Source of the DNA: Octopus vulgaris
Taxonomy: Eukaryota
Reading direction: 5' to 3'
Assembly: GCA_951406725.2 (NCBI GenBank)
Contig: OX597825.1
Location: 49,724,001 to 49,788,000 of the forward strand
DNA length: 64,000 nt
Shown here piece by piece: positions 42,898 through 57,014 of the stretch (the stretch's first letter is position 1; every line of letters begins with the position of its first letter). A program made the translations under genes and the position numbers. The notes beneath the pieces were generated by a model that was not told the DNA's origin, searched no databases, and saw nothing but the letters and a program-made list of their open reading frames with translations.

Positions 42898-43422
42898 ATA
42901 TTTATTTATATATATGCATGTTCATATATTTTCATACATGCACCTGCCTATCTTTCTCTCCTTGTGTGTGTGAGTTTGTGTATATGTCGTGTGTGTTTGT
43001 TACCGAGCGTTAATCATGTATCACCATTTTCCTCATACCTGCCGACAGTTTCTCACATATCATCCAGCTCTCTAATAATGTAACCTATTGATCAAAACCT
43101 CCGTTGTCTTTGAGCAACAACATAAATGATATACCTTCATAACTCAATTAACGGCCTGCAGCTATGCAGATCAAATTATCAAAACTTTGACTGATCTAGT
43201 TGGCTAACCACATGACGTTAATGTTTCTATATAGGTCAATTTACAAAATCTATTTGTAAGCATAAACTAGATTATCGAAATGTCTGACAAAGAATCAAAA
43301 CCAAATCGGAAAAACAGCTTGTACAAATCGTGTCTCCAAGAAACTATAATTATTATTTCATATACGTACAACTGATTAGACTGTTGGAAATATTATTATT
43401 ATTATTAACATCATCATCATCA

Positions 43423-43511
<89 letters not shown>

Positions 43512-43519
43512 GTTATTAT

Positions 43520-44112
43520 AATCAAGCCAATCTTCCATAGGCCGATAGATTCATAGAGATGCCTCGTGATAATATCTGCTCGGATCTTGGCTGTTTCTTA
43601 CTGACGAATCTATCGGCCTATGGAAGATTGGCTTGATTTAATTTAATCAGGTTAGTTTACCATTAAACAATAGATGAAACGGTGCATCGTATAAGAAATT
43701 ACAGGGTAAATGTTTTTTTTAATTTTCTCCTGGTTTGCGGAATTGATGTTATTTTGCGGTTGAAGCTTTGGCTGTTATTTCTAGTGGGTGAATGGCCTAT
43801 TATGGCCATTCCTTGATTGTGATGTTGAACTTATAAATGGTCTATGACTATTTAATTTTTTCCCACTAGGCCGCTGGTGGCAAATAAATTCTACGAAATT
43901 TTTTGCCACCCTATATTGATTAATTATGAATTTTCTGGTTAATTCCGTAATGGAATCGGCGGCTTATATTTGCTGCCGATCTGCTCGGATCTTGGCTGTT
44001 TCTTACTGACGAATCTATCGGCCTATGGAAGATTGGCTTGATTTAATTTAATCAGGTTAGTTTACCATTAAACAATAGTGGGTGAATGGCCTATTATGGC
44101 CATTCCTTGATT

Positions 44113-44120
<8 letters not shown>
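43520..44120 (-). repeat. Rearranged tandem copy of the 486-bp family (period ~405 bp) with a 33-bp inverted arm
   Basis: 43574-43672 = 43979-44078; 43783-43822 = 44077-44117; 43520-43552 is the inverse of 43606-43638; 43830-43980 is the reverse complement of ~375-520. Confidence 0.85.
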
Positions 44121-44176
<56 letters not shown>

Positions 44177-44989
44177 TATCTATCTACCTATCTATCTGAT
44201 GTGAATGGATTGGTGACAAATTGGCTTCAAGTAAGTTGGCTTTTATGTGTGAAAAAAGCTGTTTGTTGTTGAAAATGTTTTTGAAAGAGTTTTCTAACAT
44301 CTCCCCCTTCCAGCCTAGGTATTTTAGTAGGAAAGGGGCCATCCGTGGGTGAATTTCTAAAATTTAGAAATTTTCTTCGGTTTTCTTCGCCATCTGCAAA
44401 ACGAAAATGTCTAAATCAAATCATGAAGCATTGCTAGAGGAGAGGGAGGCCGAAAAAAAGTCGTTCCACTTGAACGCACATAGAAGAACGCCATTCTGGC
44501 CGTTTGTGAGGAACAGTTTCCAAGCCTCCCACTGCCACTACAGAAAATAAATAATTCACACACACACACAGATAAAACGACAGAAAACAAAAGTTTAAAA
44601 AGAACGGATACAGACTTCTGTGACGTGGGAGTGGAAGGGTTGAAGAGGTTTTTTTGCTGAGACAAACAACTTCAACGGATCTGTTACCACCACCACTATC
44701 ACCAATACCACCACTACAACAACAACAACAGCAACGAAACTATTAACGCAAAGCCGTCCACCGTGAACTCTACTAAAGATATTAACTCTGCCGCCAACGC
44801 CAACACTACTACAATTTTTGCTACAACTACTATCACCTCTGCTACCAACACCACTACCACCACCAGGGACAACAACAAGAACAAAATGTTTGCAGAAGCG
44901 TTAAAAATGTAACCTTCACAACACGAGATATAAACCAAACCAAATCTATGCCATCTAAACAGAGTTCCAATCTTCATTTACATATCCCA

Positions 44990-46680
44990 AAATGAAATTG
45001 CACCGTGTTCAATTCGATCGGATTTCTTTCAACGTCTATTTACTTTTAGTGGGGGATTGGAATGCTACCTTGGACACGTATCTAGACTATGTGGGTACTG
45101 ATAGAAATAGACGGGGAGGCAAATGCCTCAAAGACCTGCTCAGACGCTTTCAACTGTCCGACAGGTACCGGCTCGACTACCAGAATGTGCCAACGTGGAC
45201 ATGGAGCAACCGCATTGGGTCGTCGAGATCGTATCTAGATAGAATACTGTGTAGGACAGTAGATAGAGATAGTATAGGTTGTCCACAATTTCATATAATC
45301 AGCTACAGAGATCACAAATTCGTGACGTGTACGCTAAACTTAGATAACACACAAAGACAGGATCCCGGTTACTGGAAACTGGACGCGTCTTTCCCGTCAA
45401 GACAGATTTACAGAGACCGGATTAGTACACTAGTGAAGAGTGTTTTTATGGGAGCCCTCATCAACAACAAATGGTGGTTTGCCCTCAAAAGATCAATAAA
45501 AGTAGAATCCATTAGGTATAGTAAAGGAATAAAAGAGAAGGAGATCTAGTTAAGAAACTAGAAGAGACAATTATAAATGTCAGAGCTGGGATGCGTGCTC
45601 TAAGAAACGAAGATATTGGAGCCACACGGGGGGCCCAAGTGGCAGAGGCACAACAAGGCAACAAAGCCACCATTTGGTCTCTGATATATGAACAGAGGCG
45701 CGAATTACTCGAACTTGGAAAAATGTGTGAGGCTTTCAACAGCACTTTCCCGACTATTCGAGAAAACTGGTGAGCCAGAACGCAGGGTGGACTTCAGTGC
45801 CTACCTGCATGGCCTTCCACGATTCTCGGCAATAGAAGCGGAGTATTGTGAAAGACCCAACACAGCTACGGACGTACGGGATGTGATGGTAGGCTGCGCG
45901 GGAAACAAGTCGCTAGGCTCGGATGGTCTCCCTACGAACTCTGTTGTCATATGCCAGATTTGTTTGGAGGCGTCTTGGCTGCGGTTTACTGCAACTCGCA
46001 GCAAAACGAGAGTATCCCCCTTTCTGTGAAGTGAGGAGCAATTGCATTGCCACAGAAAGATCCAAACGAGGGTAACGTCAAAAATAACTTCAGGCTCATC
46101 ACCCTACTCAATACAGATTTGAAGATTTTGGCCATGGTATTAGCCAAGAGGTTGGCACATGTCATCGAGAAAATGGTCGACAAGGCGCAAACGTGCGCCG
46201 TGCCGGGTTCGTGTATCCATGACTACCTCCATCTGATGTGCGACATCATAGACAGGGTAGTTAAGGAACCTGGCATGGGTAGGGCGCTGATCAATTTGGA
46301 TCAATCCAAAGCTTTCAAATGGGTAGACCACTTGGAAGCTGGTTTCGGTCCCGTTTTCCGCGGCTGGATTGCTGCATTATATAGCGTTATCTGTTTAGTA
46401 GTTCGCGTGAATGGGCGTCTATCCAGACCATTTGACATTGCACGTTCGGTCCGTCAGGGATACCCCCTCTCGTTGCTTCTGTACGTATTGACTCTCGAAC
46501 CACTACTGCGGAAGCTGGCGACGCTAAGGGTCATCCCGCAAGAATTGGGATGTGGGACGAGCGTGTCTGCATACACATATGACGTCACTGTCATAGTGTC
46601 TAGCCGCAGCCATATCGATCTGGTCGGTGAGATACTAAAAGAATACGAAACGGTAACGGGAGCGAAAATTAAGCGGAAAA
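44990..46680 (+). mobile_element. L1/Tx1 ORF2 fragment (APE end to RT)
   Basis: LVGDWNA, SYLDRIL, DHK, GYWKL, GSDGLP, NFRLITLLNTDLKILA, LDQSKAF, SVRQGYPLS and SAYTYDV (degraded YADD). Confidence 0.92.
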
Positions 46681-49087
46681 AGAATTATCAGGCAAGCTCT
46701 CTAGATATCAGAAAAGAGTAGATCAGTATCAACAGAATAGATTATTGAAGACAGACCAGAGGAGATTTTATAACCAAATGAATAGTGGAGAACGAAATAC
46801 TGAAAATGAAAAACTTAATGCAGAAGAAGCTAGAAAGTGCTGGAGCAATATTTGAGATAAGCTAGTGATTCATAATGGCGATGCAGTATGGTTAAACAAA
46901 GTGAGGGAAGAAGCAGGGAGTGAGGAGCAGCCATATCTAAGATTAACTAATGTTAGGCAAAATGCCAAATTGGAAGGGGACAAGACAAGATTTAGTTCAA
47001 GGGTAGTGGCTAAAGAAATTTAGTACTTTACATGGGAGGCTAAAGGAACAACTTCAGGATTGCCTTAATGGGGGAATAATGCAAGATTGGATGACTAGAG
47101 GGTGGGGGTCACAACTCATTATGAAAGATAAAGGCAAAGGTAATACAGCTCGTATTTATAGGCCAATCAATTGTTTAACATTAGTGGGGAAGCCGTTAAC
47201 AGGAATGCTCTCAGAAAGCATTTAAGGACACATAGACAAAGAGAATTTACTGCCCCAAGAACAGAAAGGTTGCAGGAAGAATACTAGAGGAAGGCACGAT
47301 CTTTTACACATTGAAAAAGCAGTCCTAAATGAAGTAAAATCTAAAGGGAAATCTAACAATAGCATGCATAGATTATAGGAAAGCCAATGACATGATCCCA
47401 CACCCATTGATAATTGGATGTTTGAGTATATTTAGTATAATTGACAACATAAGAGAATTAATTAGTTTTATCATGAAGAAATGGAAAGTAGATCTCTTTT
47501 CCTGTTACATTCACCTAGGGAAATTTGATATCAAAACAGAAATATTCCAGGAGGTCTCGTTGTCCACTTCAATATTTGTCTTATGTTTGATCTGTCTCAG
47601 TTTAGTATTAAGGAAGGTAAAGGCATGCTATCAGTTCAGAAATAGTAAGAGGAAACTTAACCATTTGCTTTGCATGGATGATCTGAAACTTTTTCGTAAG
47701 GATGAAAAAGAGATAGATTCCTTAATACAGATTGTAAAACTCTTCAACAAAGATATAGGCATGGGGTATGTGCAATATTAGTCATGAGAAGAGTACAAGT
47801 AGTCAACAGCGAAGGCATAGAATTACAAGATGGTGAGACATTAAAATCATTGAAAGGAAGAAAGAGTTATAAGTATCTAGGCGTATTAGAATCTAGCAGT
47901 ATAACTAAGGGAAATTTGAGGTGTACATCAGAAGGGTTAGGAAGCCAAAGAAGTCAAAGATAAATGGTCCGAATCTTTCTTGTCAAGGCTATAAATACTT
48001 GGACATTATCATCCGTTAGATACTCAGCAGATTTTGTAGATTAGACAAAAGCTGAATTAGCAAAGCTGGATAGAAGAACTATGAAGGACGGACTTCAAAA
48101 TGAATGGAGGACATCTCCCTAGGACAGGAGTAGATCATACTTTCCTAGAAATGAAGGCAGAGAGGGTTATTTTCAGTAGAAGACTGCGTGGAGTGAGCAA
48201 GAGTAGATATAGACTCTTATGTATGTAATAATGAGGAAAATTTACTAAAAGCTGCTAGAGTCACAGCAAAACATAGGGATACCAAAAACCGAAACGAACT
48301 TAAAAGTCAGAAAAAATAACAGAACTTATATGACTGGCAGGAAAAATCTTTGTATGGTAGATTATCAAAGCTAGATGCAGCAAATTGTAGTATTGAGACT
48401 TGCTTATGGTCGGAGAATGGAAAGCAGAAGATGGAAAACAGAAAGTTTGCTAGTAGCTGCAGAAGGTTAAGCATTAAGGACTAATTGTATAAAAGCCAAA
48501 TAGACAAAAAACAAGTAGATTCACAATGTAAGTTGTCCAGATCAAAAGAGGAAAGTGTAACTCATATAGTAAATGAATGTAGCATGCTGGCACAGAAAGA
48601 GTACAAGAAAAGACATAAGCTAGACAGCTACGTACAAAGATCATATTTAAACATACTTATAAATGGTATGAACATGAACCTAGTAAAGTACTAGAAAGTA
48701 AGAGATACTAGGTGTTGTGGGACTTTAATATTCTGACTGATAGAATAAAGGAAACTACAAGGCGTGATTTAGTAGTAGTAGATAAAGATAATAGAAGTGC
48801 CAGTAATTGACTTTACAGTCGCAAAAGATGAAAACTCAATATGACACGTAAAAAGTATCAGGACCTCGCCATTGAATTACTCCAGTAGTTATAAGTGCAT
48901 TTGGAATTATCCTTGAAAATCTGAACAGATGGATAGTGGAAATAGGCATAAAACCCAGTTTAGTACAGCTGCAGAAAACAGTGTTATTAGTGACGGCTAC
49001 AATATAAGGAATCTAACGTTGCTCGTTGTTACCTCTATATTGGGAATTTTTCGTTTCCAACGGTCTAATCTGTTCTGTGTATATGAA
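46681..49087 (+). mobile_element. 5'-truncated R4/Dong-type LINE (third family) ending in (AAT)n
   Basis: RYQKRVDQYQQNRL; PQEQKGCR; NHLLCMDDLKLF; QCKLS..ESVTHIVNECSMLAQKEYKKRH; KYQDL. Confidence 0.88.
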
Positions 49088-49986
<899 letters not shown>

Positions 49987-50431
49987 ATCAGTGGTTGCAG
50001 CAACACCAACAGTTGCAAGGGTGAAATAGTGGTAAGGGTGGTAATTGAGCCTCAGAATGCTGTGCTATCATAATAGTGGTAGTTGTAGAATTATTCTATT
50101 ATTTAGTATTAATAGCTGCAGCATATTATTATTATCTTTATTTTTTTCATTATCATCATCTTCACCACTACCATTGTTGAAGGAAATAGCTGGGTAGCAG
50201 TTTGTTGAATAGATCATATTCTACAGGTCTAAAAATATATTCGGCAGATGGTGGGGAGTTCAGCTAGAGAGACAAAAGAATCTTCGTACCCTTTGGGTCA
50301 TCGGAGGTCAAATGTGTTTACTACTACCACTGAAAACGCTGCCTTGAAAAGAAGCAATTCAGCCTGTTCTATTTGTATTTACTGGTAGAAAAACAATATT
50401 AATAATAATAATACATACACACACGCGCACA

Positions 50432-50533
<102 letters not shown>

Positions 50534-50559
50534 CTCATATATACTGATATTCACGTCCT

Positions 50560-51945
50560 AGAAATTTTGAATTTCTGAATTCAATTGTGTTGTTGCAATA
50601 AATATTGTGCTTACTTATTTGGGTACTATATTAAAGTTTTTAAGTTTTCTTCAGATATTCGTTTGTCTGTCCAGTTGGAGTATACAGTAGGACTTTTGCA
50701 ATGAAAAGGATGTTTACATTTTCGAATACAAGGGGAGAGAAGAAAGGATAAGTATTCACACAGTAGCTGTAGGTTTTTTAAAGCTGATCGTTTGTGTGTT
50801 CGAAAGTTGTAGGTATGTATGTTTCCTAACTTATTTTATTTTGAGGGAGATTTTAAATATTCACCGGAAATTGTAGATATTCCAGTCTTCGGAATAGTAG
50901 GAGGAAAAACTGTTCACCTTGTTGGATTTTTAAATTTCTGAATTTCTTCTTCTTTTGGAAATTTTTCTTTTTAAAAGTTTTACTGTGGTTTACAGTTTTT
51001 GTAGTTGTGCAGCATGTATATATTAGCAGGTGCTTACTTACTTTTTTCCGTGCATTTAATTGTGTTGTTACAATACATGTCAGTTTTAAATATTCTTTTA
51101 GTTGGGGAAGAAGGGAAGACAAAATATTCAGGCAAAATTGGAAATATTAAAGTTTCTAAATTTTTTTAGGTGTTCGTTTGTATGTCAGTTGAGAGAAAAC
51201 TGTGGTGTTTTTATACAATAAACAGGATGTTTACATTTTCGAATATTCAGGGAAAAAAGAACGGAAAGAAAAGGAAGTTAAATTTTTTAAACAGAAAATT
51301 GTAGATATGAAGTTTTTAAAATTTACTGGAGATGGTCTTTTGTCTGTCCGACATAATAATTATATTTAAGGTGGGAGGTAAATAACTAACAGGCCGCGCT
51401 TCAAATTTTTTAGTGTAAATTGTGGCTTATACATTGAGGGGAAGAAGGTTTCATCCTTAATATTTAAAATATTTGTGTTTGATGTAATAATGTTAGCGGA
51501 ATCGTGCGTAATTCTTTCTGTTTGATATGTTGTCTGTGGATTCTTGCATGTTGGCTAAGTAACTGTTGGTTTCGCCAATATAATTTTCTTTGCAATTAAG
51601 AGATGTTATGCAGTATATGAGGTTCTGCATCTTGCAGTTCCATTCTCCATTAACTAGGAAGCTGAACCTATTTCTAAATGTTGTATGGGAACCAGCATCC
51701 AAATACTTGAATTGCTACTGCTACATATCATGTATTTCCACGGTCCTTCTCAATTATCTTCTGATGTGAAATTCTTAGATGACGTTTACTCTCTCGTTTA
51801 AGGTTTTCATTACCCAGAATTTTGATTTGGAGGCAATTAATAGATGTTATGCAGTATATGTTATGCAGTATATGTTATGCAGTTCCATTCTCCATTAACT
51901 AGAATGCTGAATCTATTTTTAAATGTTGTATGGGAACCAACGTTT
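50560..51945 (-). mobile_element. Penelope-like element 3' part with GIY-YIG endonuclease and internal duplications
   Basis: CKMQNLIYCITSLNCKENYIGET; 51593-51695 is duplicated at 51833-51940. Confidence 0.8.
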
Positions 51946-52114
51946 CTTTTTACAATGTAGGAAATTTTCTATATTTTTTCTTAGGTGTTCTCAATTGTGA
52001 CCTGTCCAGTTCCTTCACAATTCCATCATTTATTTATTTTGAAGGATTATTCTGTATTTAAGAAGCCTTTCAGTCCATTTTCTCGAATTTGACGTATTTT
52101 CGGAAGAACTACTA

Positions 52115-52441
52115 TTTTTCTCAGTCATTAGACTGCGGCCGTGCTATAGCACATCCTTGGAGAATTTTTAATCGAATGAATCTTCCCTAATACTTACTTT
52201 TGTAAGCCTAGTACTTATTCTATCGTTTTTTGTCGCGAACCGCTAATGTTACGGGGACGTAAGCACACCAGCGGTAGTGGGGTCAAACAGAGATACAGAC
52301 AGATACACACACATACACATACACGCCGGCCTGTTTTATCTATAGTAGAAAATACGTACCCAATGTGCCACAGAATGGGACCAAAGCTGCAAACTTGTGG
52401 TAGGGAAGCAAGCTGCACATCCCACACCCATGCTTGCGCCT
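52115..52441 (-). mobile_element. tRNA-derived SINE family C
   Basis: Head AGGCGCAAGCATGG..GCTTGCTTCCC..GGCACATTGGG; tail CGTCCCCGTAAC..TAGGCTTACAAA. Confidence 0.82.
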
Positions 52442-52995
52442 ATTATTTCCATACTTTGAAGAATGTTCTTTTTAAATATGTCAATGATGATAAAACGGGA
52501 TTTGAAATACTGCTGTATGTCTGTCTTTTTGTTAGAAATAACTTCTGTTATAGTGGAGTCGAGTATTCTTATGTGAATGTCACTGTGGGTGGTTTCTGGT
52601 GTGAATTTGATTGATGGATGCAGAGTGTTAAGAAAGTTACTGAAAAGTTGTCGATCATCATTTCATTTCTCCTAAAAAAAATAAAGTAACCACCGAAGAA
52701 GCATTTCCAGTTTTCAGTGACATACATCTCGATATTTTTGGATCAAAAGTTGTTCTACCTCGTTGTATAGTTTTCTCTTAAAAACCGTTGCTCCACCCTC
52801 TATTTGTCCCTATATTTTAAGCAGCAAAATTAAAGGTGCCCTGCTACATATGTATTTATATCTGTCTAGCAATCTATCTATCTATGTATCTATCTAATTA
52901 TCTATTTATCTATATATATATATGGCTTCGAATGACTTGTCTGTTTTCCGTGATCGTCCCTTCGTGTATTTCACGTTCTTTATATATAAATTTTT

Positions 52996-53059
<64 letters not shown>

Positions 53060-53060
<1 letters not shown>

Positions 53061-53138
53061 CTCATTACCGCTGTTTCTTACCCATTTTTCATAGAAGAAT
53101 GAGAATCCATTACAAAAATCTGTAATCATCAGATGAAA
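53060..53138 (-). ncRNA. Minimal type I hammerhead ribozyme with canonical core, at the end of a PLE-like fragment (~53060-53860)
   Basis: Minus strand reads TTCAT-CTGATGA-TTAC(40 nt)GTAA-GAAA-C-agcg-GTA-ATGAG. Confidence 0.75.
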
Positions 53139-53869
53139 CGTAATTTTACCAACAAAAGAATATCCGAAGAATACAGCACAAACATGGTTGACGTATGTTG
53201 AGGATAACCATGAAATGGGAGAATGACCAACAAAGTTGGCCGTTGTGGACATTAGTGGGTGCTGTTAGGTTAAGAATATAGTTTGAGGAAGGGTGTAATA
53301 TGATATTTAAGGTCATCGATCCGGGTGAGATAGGTCGGCTAGATTGTTTCTTTGGTAGGATAGAGTAGAATGCAGGTCATATTTTATTATAGTACTTAGA
53401 AAAGTGGGTCGTTGGCAGAGGACCGAAGATAAATTAAGGATAAAAAGTAAAGAGTAAAGAAAACTAAAAGTAAAAGTGAAGAAAAATAAGTGCATACATA
53501 AATCTGATTAGACATAGGGTCGGTGTTTAAGATTCGCTAGCTAAGGCTAAAGAACAAATAGAGGGGTGCAGAGATATACAGAATTTAGGGGTATTCTATG
53601 GATATAAGTTGAATGCTGAGGGTGGGTACGAAGGCAATCGAATAAGATCTAACTTTAAGGAATTGTAGAATTTAGCGTGATTGATTTATCAGGTAAAGTG
53701 GAAAGATGTAGAGTGTTGTTTTAGATACGAATACGTTATATGGGTTAGTGCAAACCGCTTGTAATATTAGGACATGTTTACCTAGAGAGGAAAAACCTTG
53801 TAGTAATAGTAACATGCTACTTATCATTAAGGAGTTCAAAGAAAGAGGGGGTTAAATACTAAACTGCAA

Positions 53870-54492
53870 AATTACTGCAACGACAGTAAGACAGATTTTA
53901 TCAAGACCTTCGCCAAATTAACTGAACTTATATCGCTCAATAATAGCTCAATTAAAAACGTTGACGGCTTCAAATATCTTGAATCACACATAGTAGACTC
54001 CCAAAAGGACTTTCGCATTTGCAAAGCTCTTGTTTGGGATGCATGTAACAGACTTGATAAGATCTGGCACTCAAATCTTCCACCCACGTTAAAAGTTAAA
54101 ATATTTAGAACGCTGAATGAGCCGGTCCTTCAGAGACATAGACCTAATCGTTTTCCTTAGAAAAACAACTAGATGGAACATATACTAGCTTGCTCATAAT
54201 GATACAGAACATCAGTTGGAGATCACACGCAACACATAGCAACATCTGTGGAAATCTGATACCAATATCCCTCAAGCTAAGGCAGAGAAAGAGGTTATCG
54301 CATCTCTGCTCCTTGAGCATCCGTCTAGATGTGTTTTCCCCAGGAAACTGACATTTCTAGATACTATATCTCGGGACTCAAGGCTAGATACTAGAGATCT
54401 GAACAGAACAATGCAGGGCTGCGTAGTATGGAAAAGGATTGTCAATGGCGTTCCGACCAACCATAGGTTGGTGAAAGGATCATGATGATAAT
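53870..54492 (+). mobile_element. RTE-type LINE 3' fragment
   Basis: VDGFKYLESHI..DFRICKALVWDACNRLDKIWHS..KVKIFR..LDGTYT..NISW; (TGA)n-like tail. Confidence 0.8.
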
Positions 54493-54669
54493 AAACTATA
54501 ATTAGTTAGAAGATATATATATGAGAGGGGAATGATACGAGGCGACTACCAAAAATGACCATCCAAAATTTCTTGGTTACCTCACATAAATCAATCAAGA
54601 TACTGTGTTTTAAAACAGAAAAATGTCTATAATGATAATTTATTACATAAAGTTCATTTGAAGACGTTA

Positions 54670-55215
54670 CTGTGCGTTGTTAATATTTCATGTGGCTTCC
54701 CTTAGCTTGAATAATTGCTTCAAGGCGTCTGAGGAAAGATGCGTACAAATCCTTCACCATTTTCACACGTATAAAATGCCATTCTCTATGGCTGAGCTTC
54801 CGCAAATCTTCAAGATTGCGTGGATTTTTCTGACGAACGCTTCTGTTTTGTTCAGTCCACATTTGCCCGATGATATTTAAGTCAGGGCACTGAGCTGGTC
54901 GATCTTTCAATGCGATAACACGTTCATCAACCAGACTCTGTTGTGTTGCACACAGTCTGTGGCATGGATCTCCGTGATGCTAAAAAAAATCTCAGCTTCA
55001 TCCATGTCTAGTATCAAATTGTCCTTCAGCAACTGGAGATACCTGGCACTATTCAAGTTACTATCAATTTTAACCAGCTTTCTTGAACCATCGCATTTTA
55101 TGCATCCCCAATGCATCAGACTCTTACCCTTAAACTTTATAGTTTACGTCGTTATAACGAGGGTCATCTTTGCCTTTCTTGGAGGCCTTTTGACAAATTC
55201 ACGCTTATTAGTTTG
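54670..55215 (-). mobile_element. Tc1-like transposase fragment
   Basis: WGCI..LNSARYLQLLKDNL; PAQCPDLNIIGQMW..RRLEAIIQAKGSHMKY. Confidence 0.85.
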
Positions 55216-57014
55216 TAGTGAATGGGTAATATAGTATTGTATAAAGTGTTCCGATATATTGCCTACGTGTATGGGTTCTATAAAACGTTGAAGAAGGGTG
55301 ATTATACTTTTATTTTTAACTAAAGATATTTCCTATACAATATTTGGTGGGTGTATGCTTGATTCCTTTCGTGTGAGTGGTATGTATATGTGTGAGTGTG
55401 AGTGCATATGCATATGCGTATGTGTGTGCTATATGCACAAAACCAACCAGACGCCAAAGCAGCCGACAGCATCCAACAGTAGATATTGGATCCTGAGCTA
55501 TCAAGCATCAGTGACAAAACACATTACGTGTTTCGCCGTCATCTAGCATTTATTTTTCTCAAGTATTAGAAAATTTAATAAATTTCAGTCTGTATAAATT
55601 CCTGGCCACCATTGTGATATGATGTGAAAATAAAACACGAACTACATGGGTATTCTATAAATGATTGAGAATTGTATAAAATGAAAGGACAGTCGTAATG
55701 CTTGTTGATAAAAAAATGAAGGAAATAATTGCCTTTCAATAAGTAATCTCATGTGAAGACTAACCACAGATACGAAATTCTGTCAGCTACAATTTTATCA
55801 TTATATACCAAATATTTAGTTTAACTTAAAGAAGTGAGTTCTCTTTATCTTTATATATAACGTTACAAGTACGTAATAAAGCTAAAAGTGCATATATAGT
55901 TGTGTATGAGCGTGGAAGAGAGAGAGAGGGAAAGAGAAAGAGAGACGAAAAGAGATTGCGTGAATTCTTGCAGATAGGTTATGTAGGATATGATACATTT
56001 TAAAAGAAAAAATATTCACTAGGTTTAGCAAAATCCTTGTTAAAATGCGAATATGCTGTTCGTTAAGAAAACCTTTTGAATTTCATTTCATTATATGTGT
56101 CTTCTTTGTTTTCTTGAAGGAACATGAATAATTTATGAGAAAATCAATAAAATAGAAGGAATACATTAAATGTTATTATCTAGCTTCCAGGAAAGGAAAA
56201 CATTGCTTTTTAAAATCTGAAATTTTAGAGAAGCCAATTTGCGTCTAGTTCAGTTAGAAATGAAAATAGTGTAAAATCTTTTGTCTGAAAAGATTATTTT
56301 TTTTTATTCAAGCAAAATCAAGAAGTGGTTCAAGAATTAATAAATATTCATTCCAATATTCACTATGTTCAATATACAAATCGATATGTATTACGGATTA
56401 ACAGTATTTATGTATAACGAACATCAGTGAGTTTTTCTAGAGACATAAATATAAGTTATTTACCGAAATAATATAGTGCAATCTACGAAGCTTAGATTTT
56501 GCAAGTATATACTGGGATAGCCTCTTGCTAAATTGCTGTTACATCCTATATGAAATTTATAATGAAACAATAAGACGACACCCTCACTTTAAGAGGACTT
56601 TCGACATGGTATTTAAATTTGTTCGTGTCTTGCTAGCATCATCTGCTAAGGCCTCCTTGTAAATGTCTTTAGTTAGGTATCGTGAGAATAAAATGAAATT
56701 TTAGATTGAAGTCAGAATATGAAAAAGCGACTGAAATGGGTACGCTTTATTCTCAGCCAATACATTTCAGTTGCAAAGACGATAAGCCAGCAATAAACAG
56801 GTATTATATGGTAGACACAACTTACTGATAAAAATACAGGAGCACGTTATACTTCGTGTTTCAGTTCAAGATTTCCAGCATGACAATAGCGAGAAGAACG
56901 TATTTAAAATTATTTTTATTTATTTCTACCCTGAAAGGTCTGCAGTCGAATTCTTTCCCGGAAGACAAAGAACACTTCATGGCATTTTTTATTTTACATG
57001 TATATATATATATA

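Larger units (their letters stand above)
39280..43330 (+). pseudogene. Decayed TLR F (39280-40810 and 42335-43330), split by microsatellites and SINEs
   Basis: IFDISVETQHINI; QYLDFSGN; ENNPF..IEW..CVFSP..LLHDF; TM IITIIFLCSSILEGLTML; TIR-like DFKF..CFLIYGD and CITIFLIPADSFSHII. Confidence 0.55.

Noticed and set aside
30108-43640. Other CTGANGA words (e.g. ~30110, 30590, 35832, 36954, 43601)
   Set aside because: No stem II followed by GAAA and a closing stem I.
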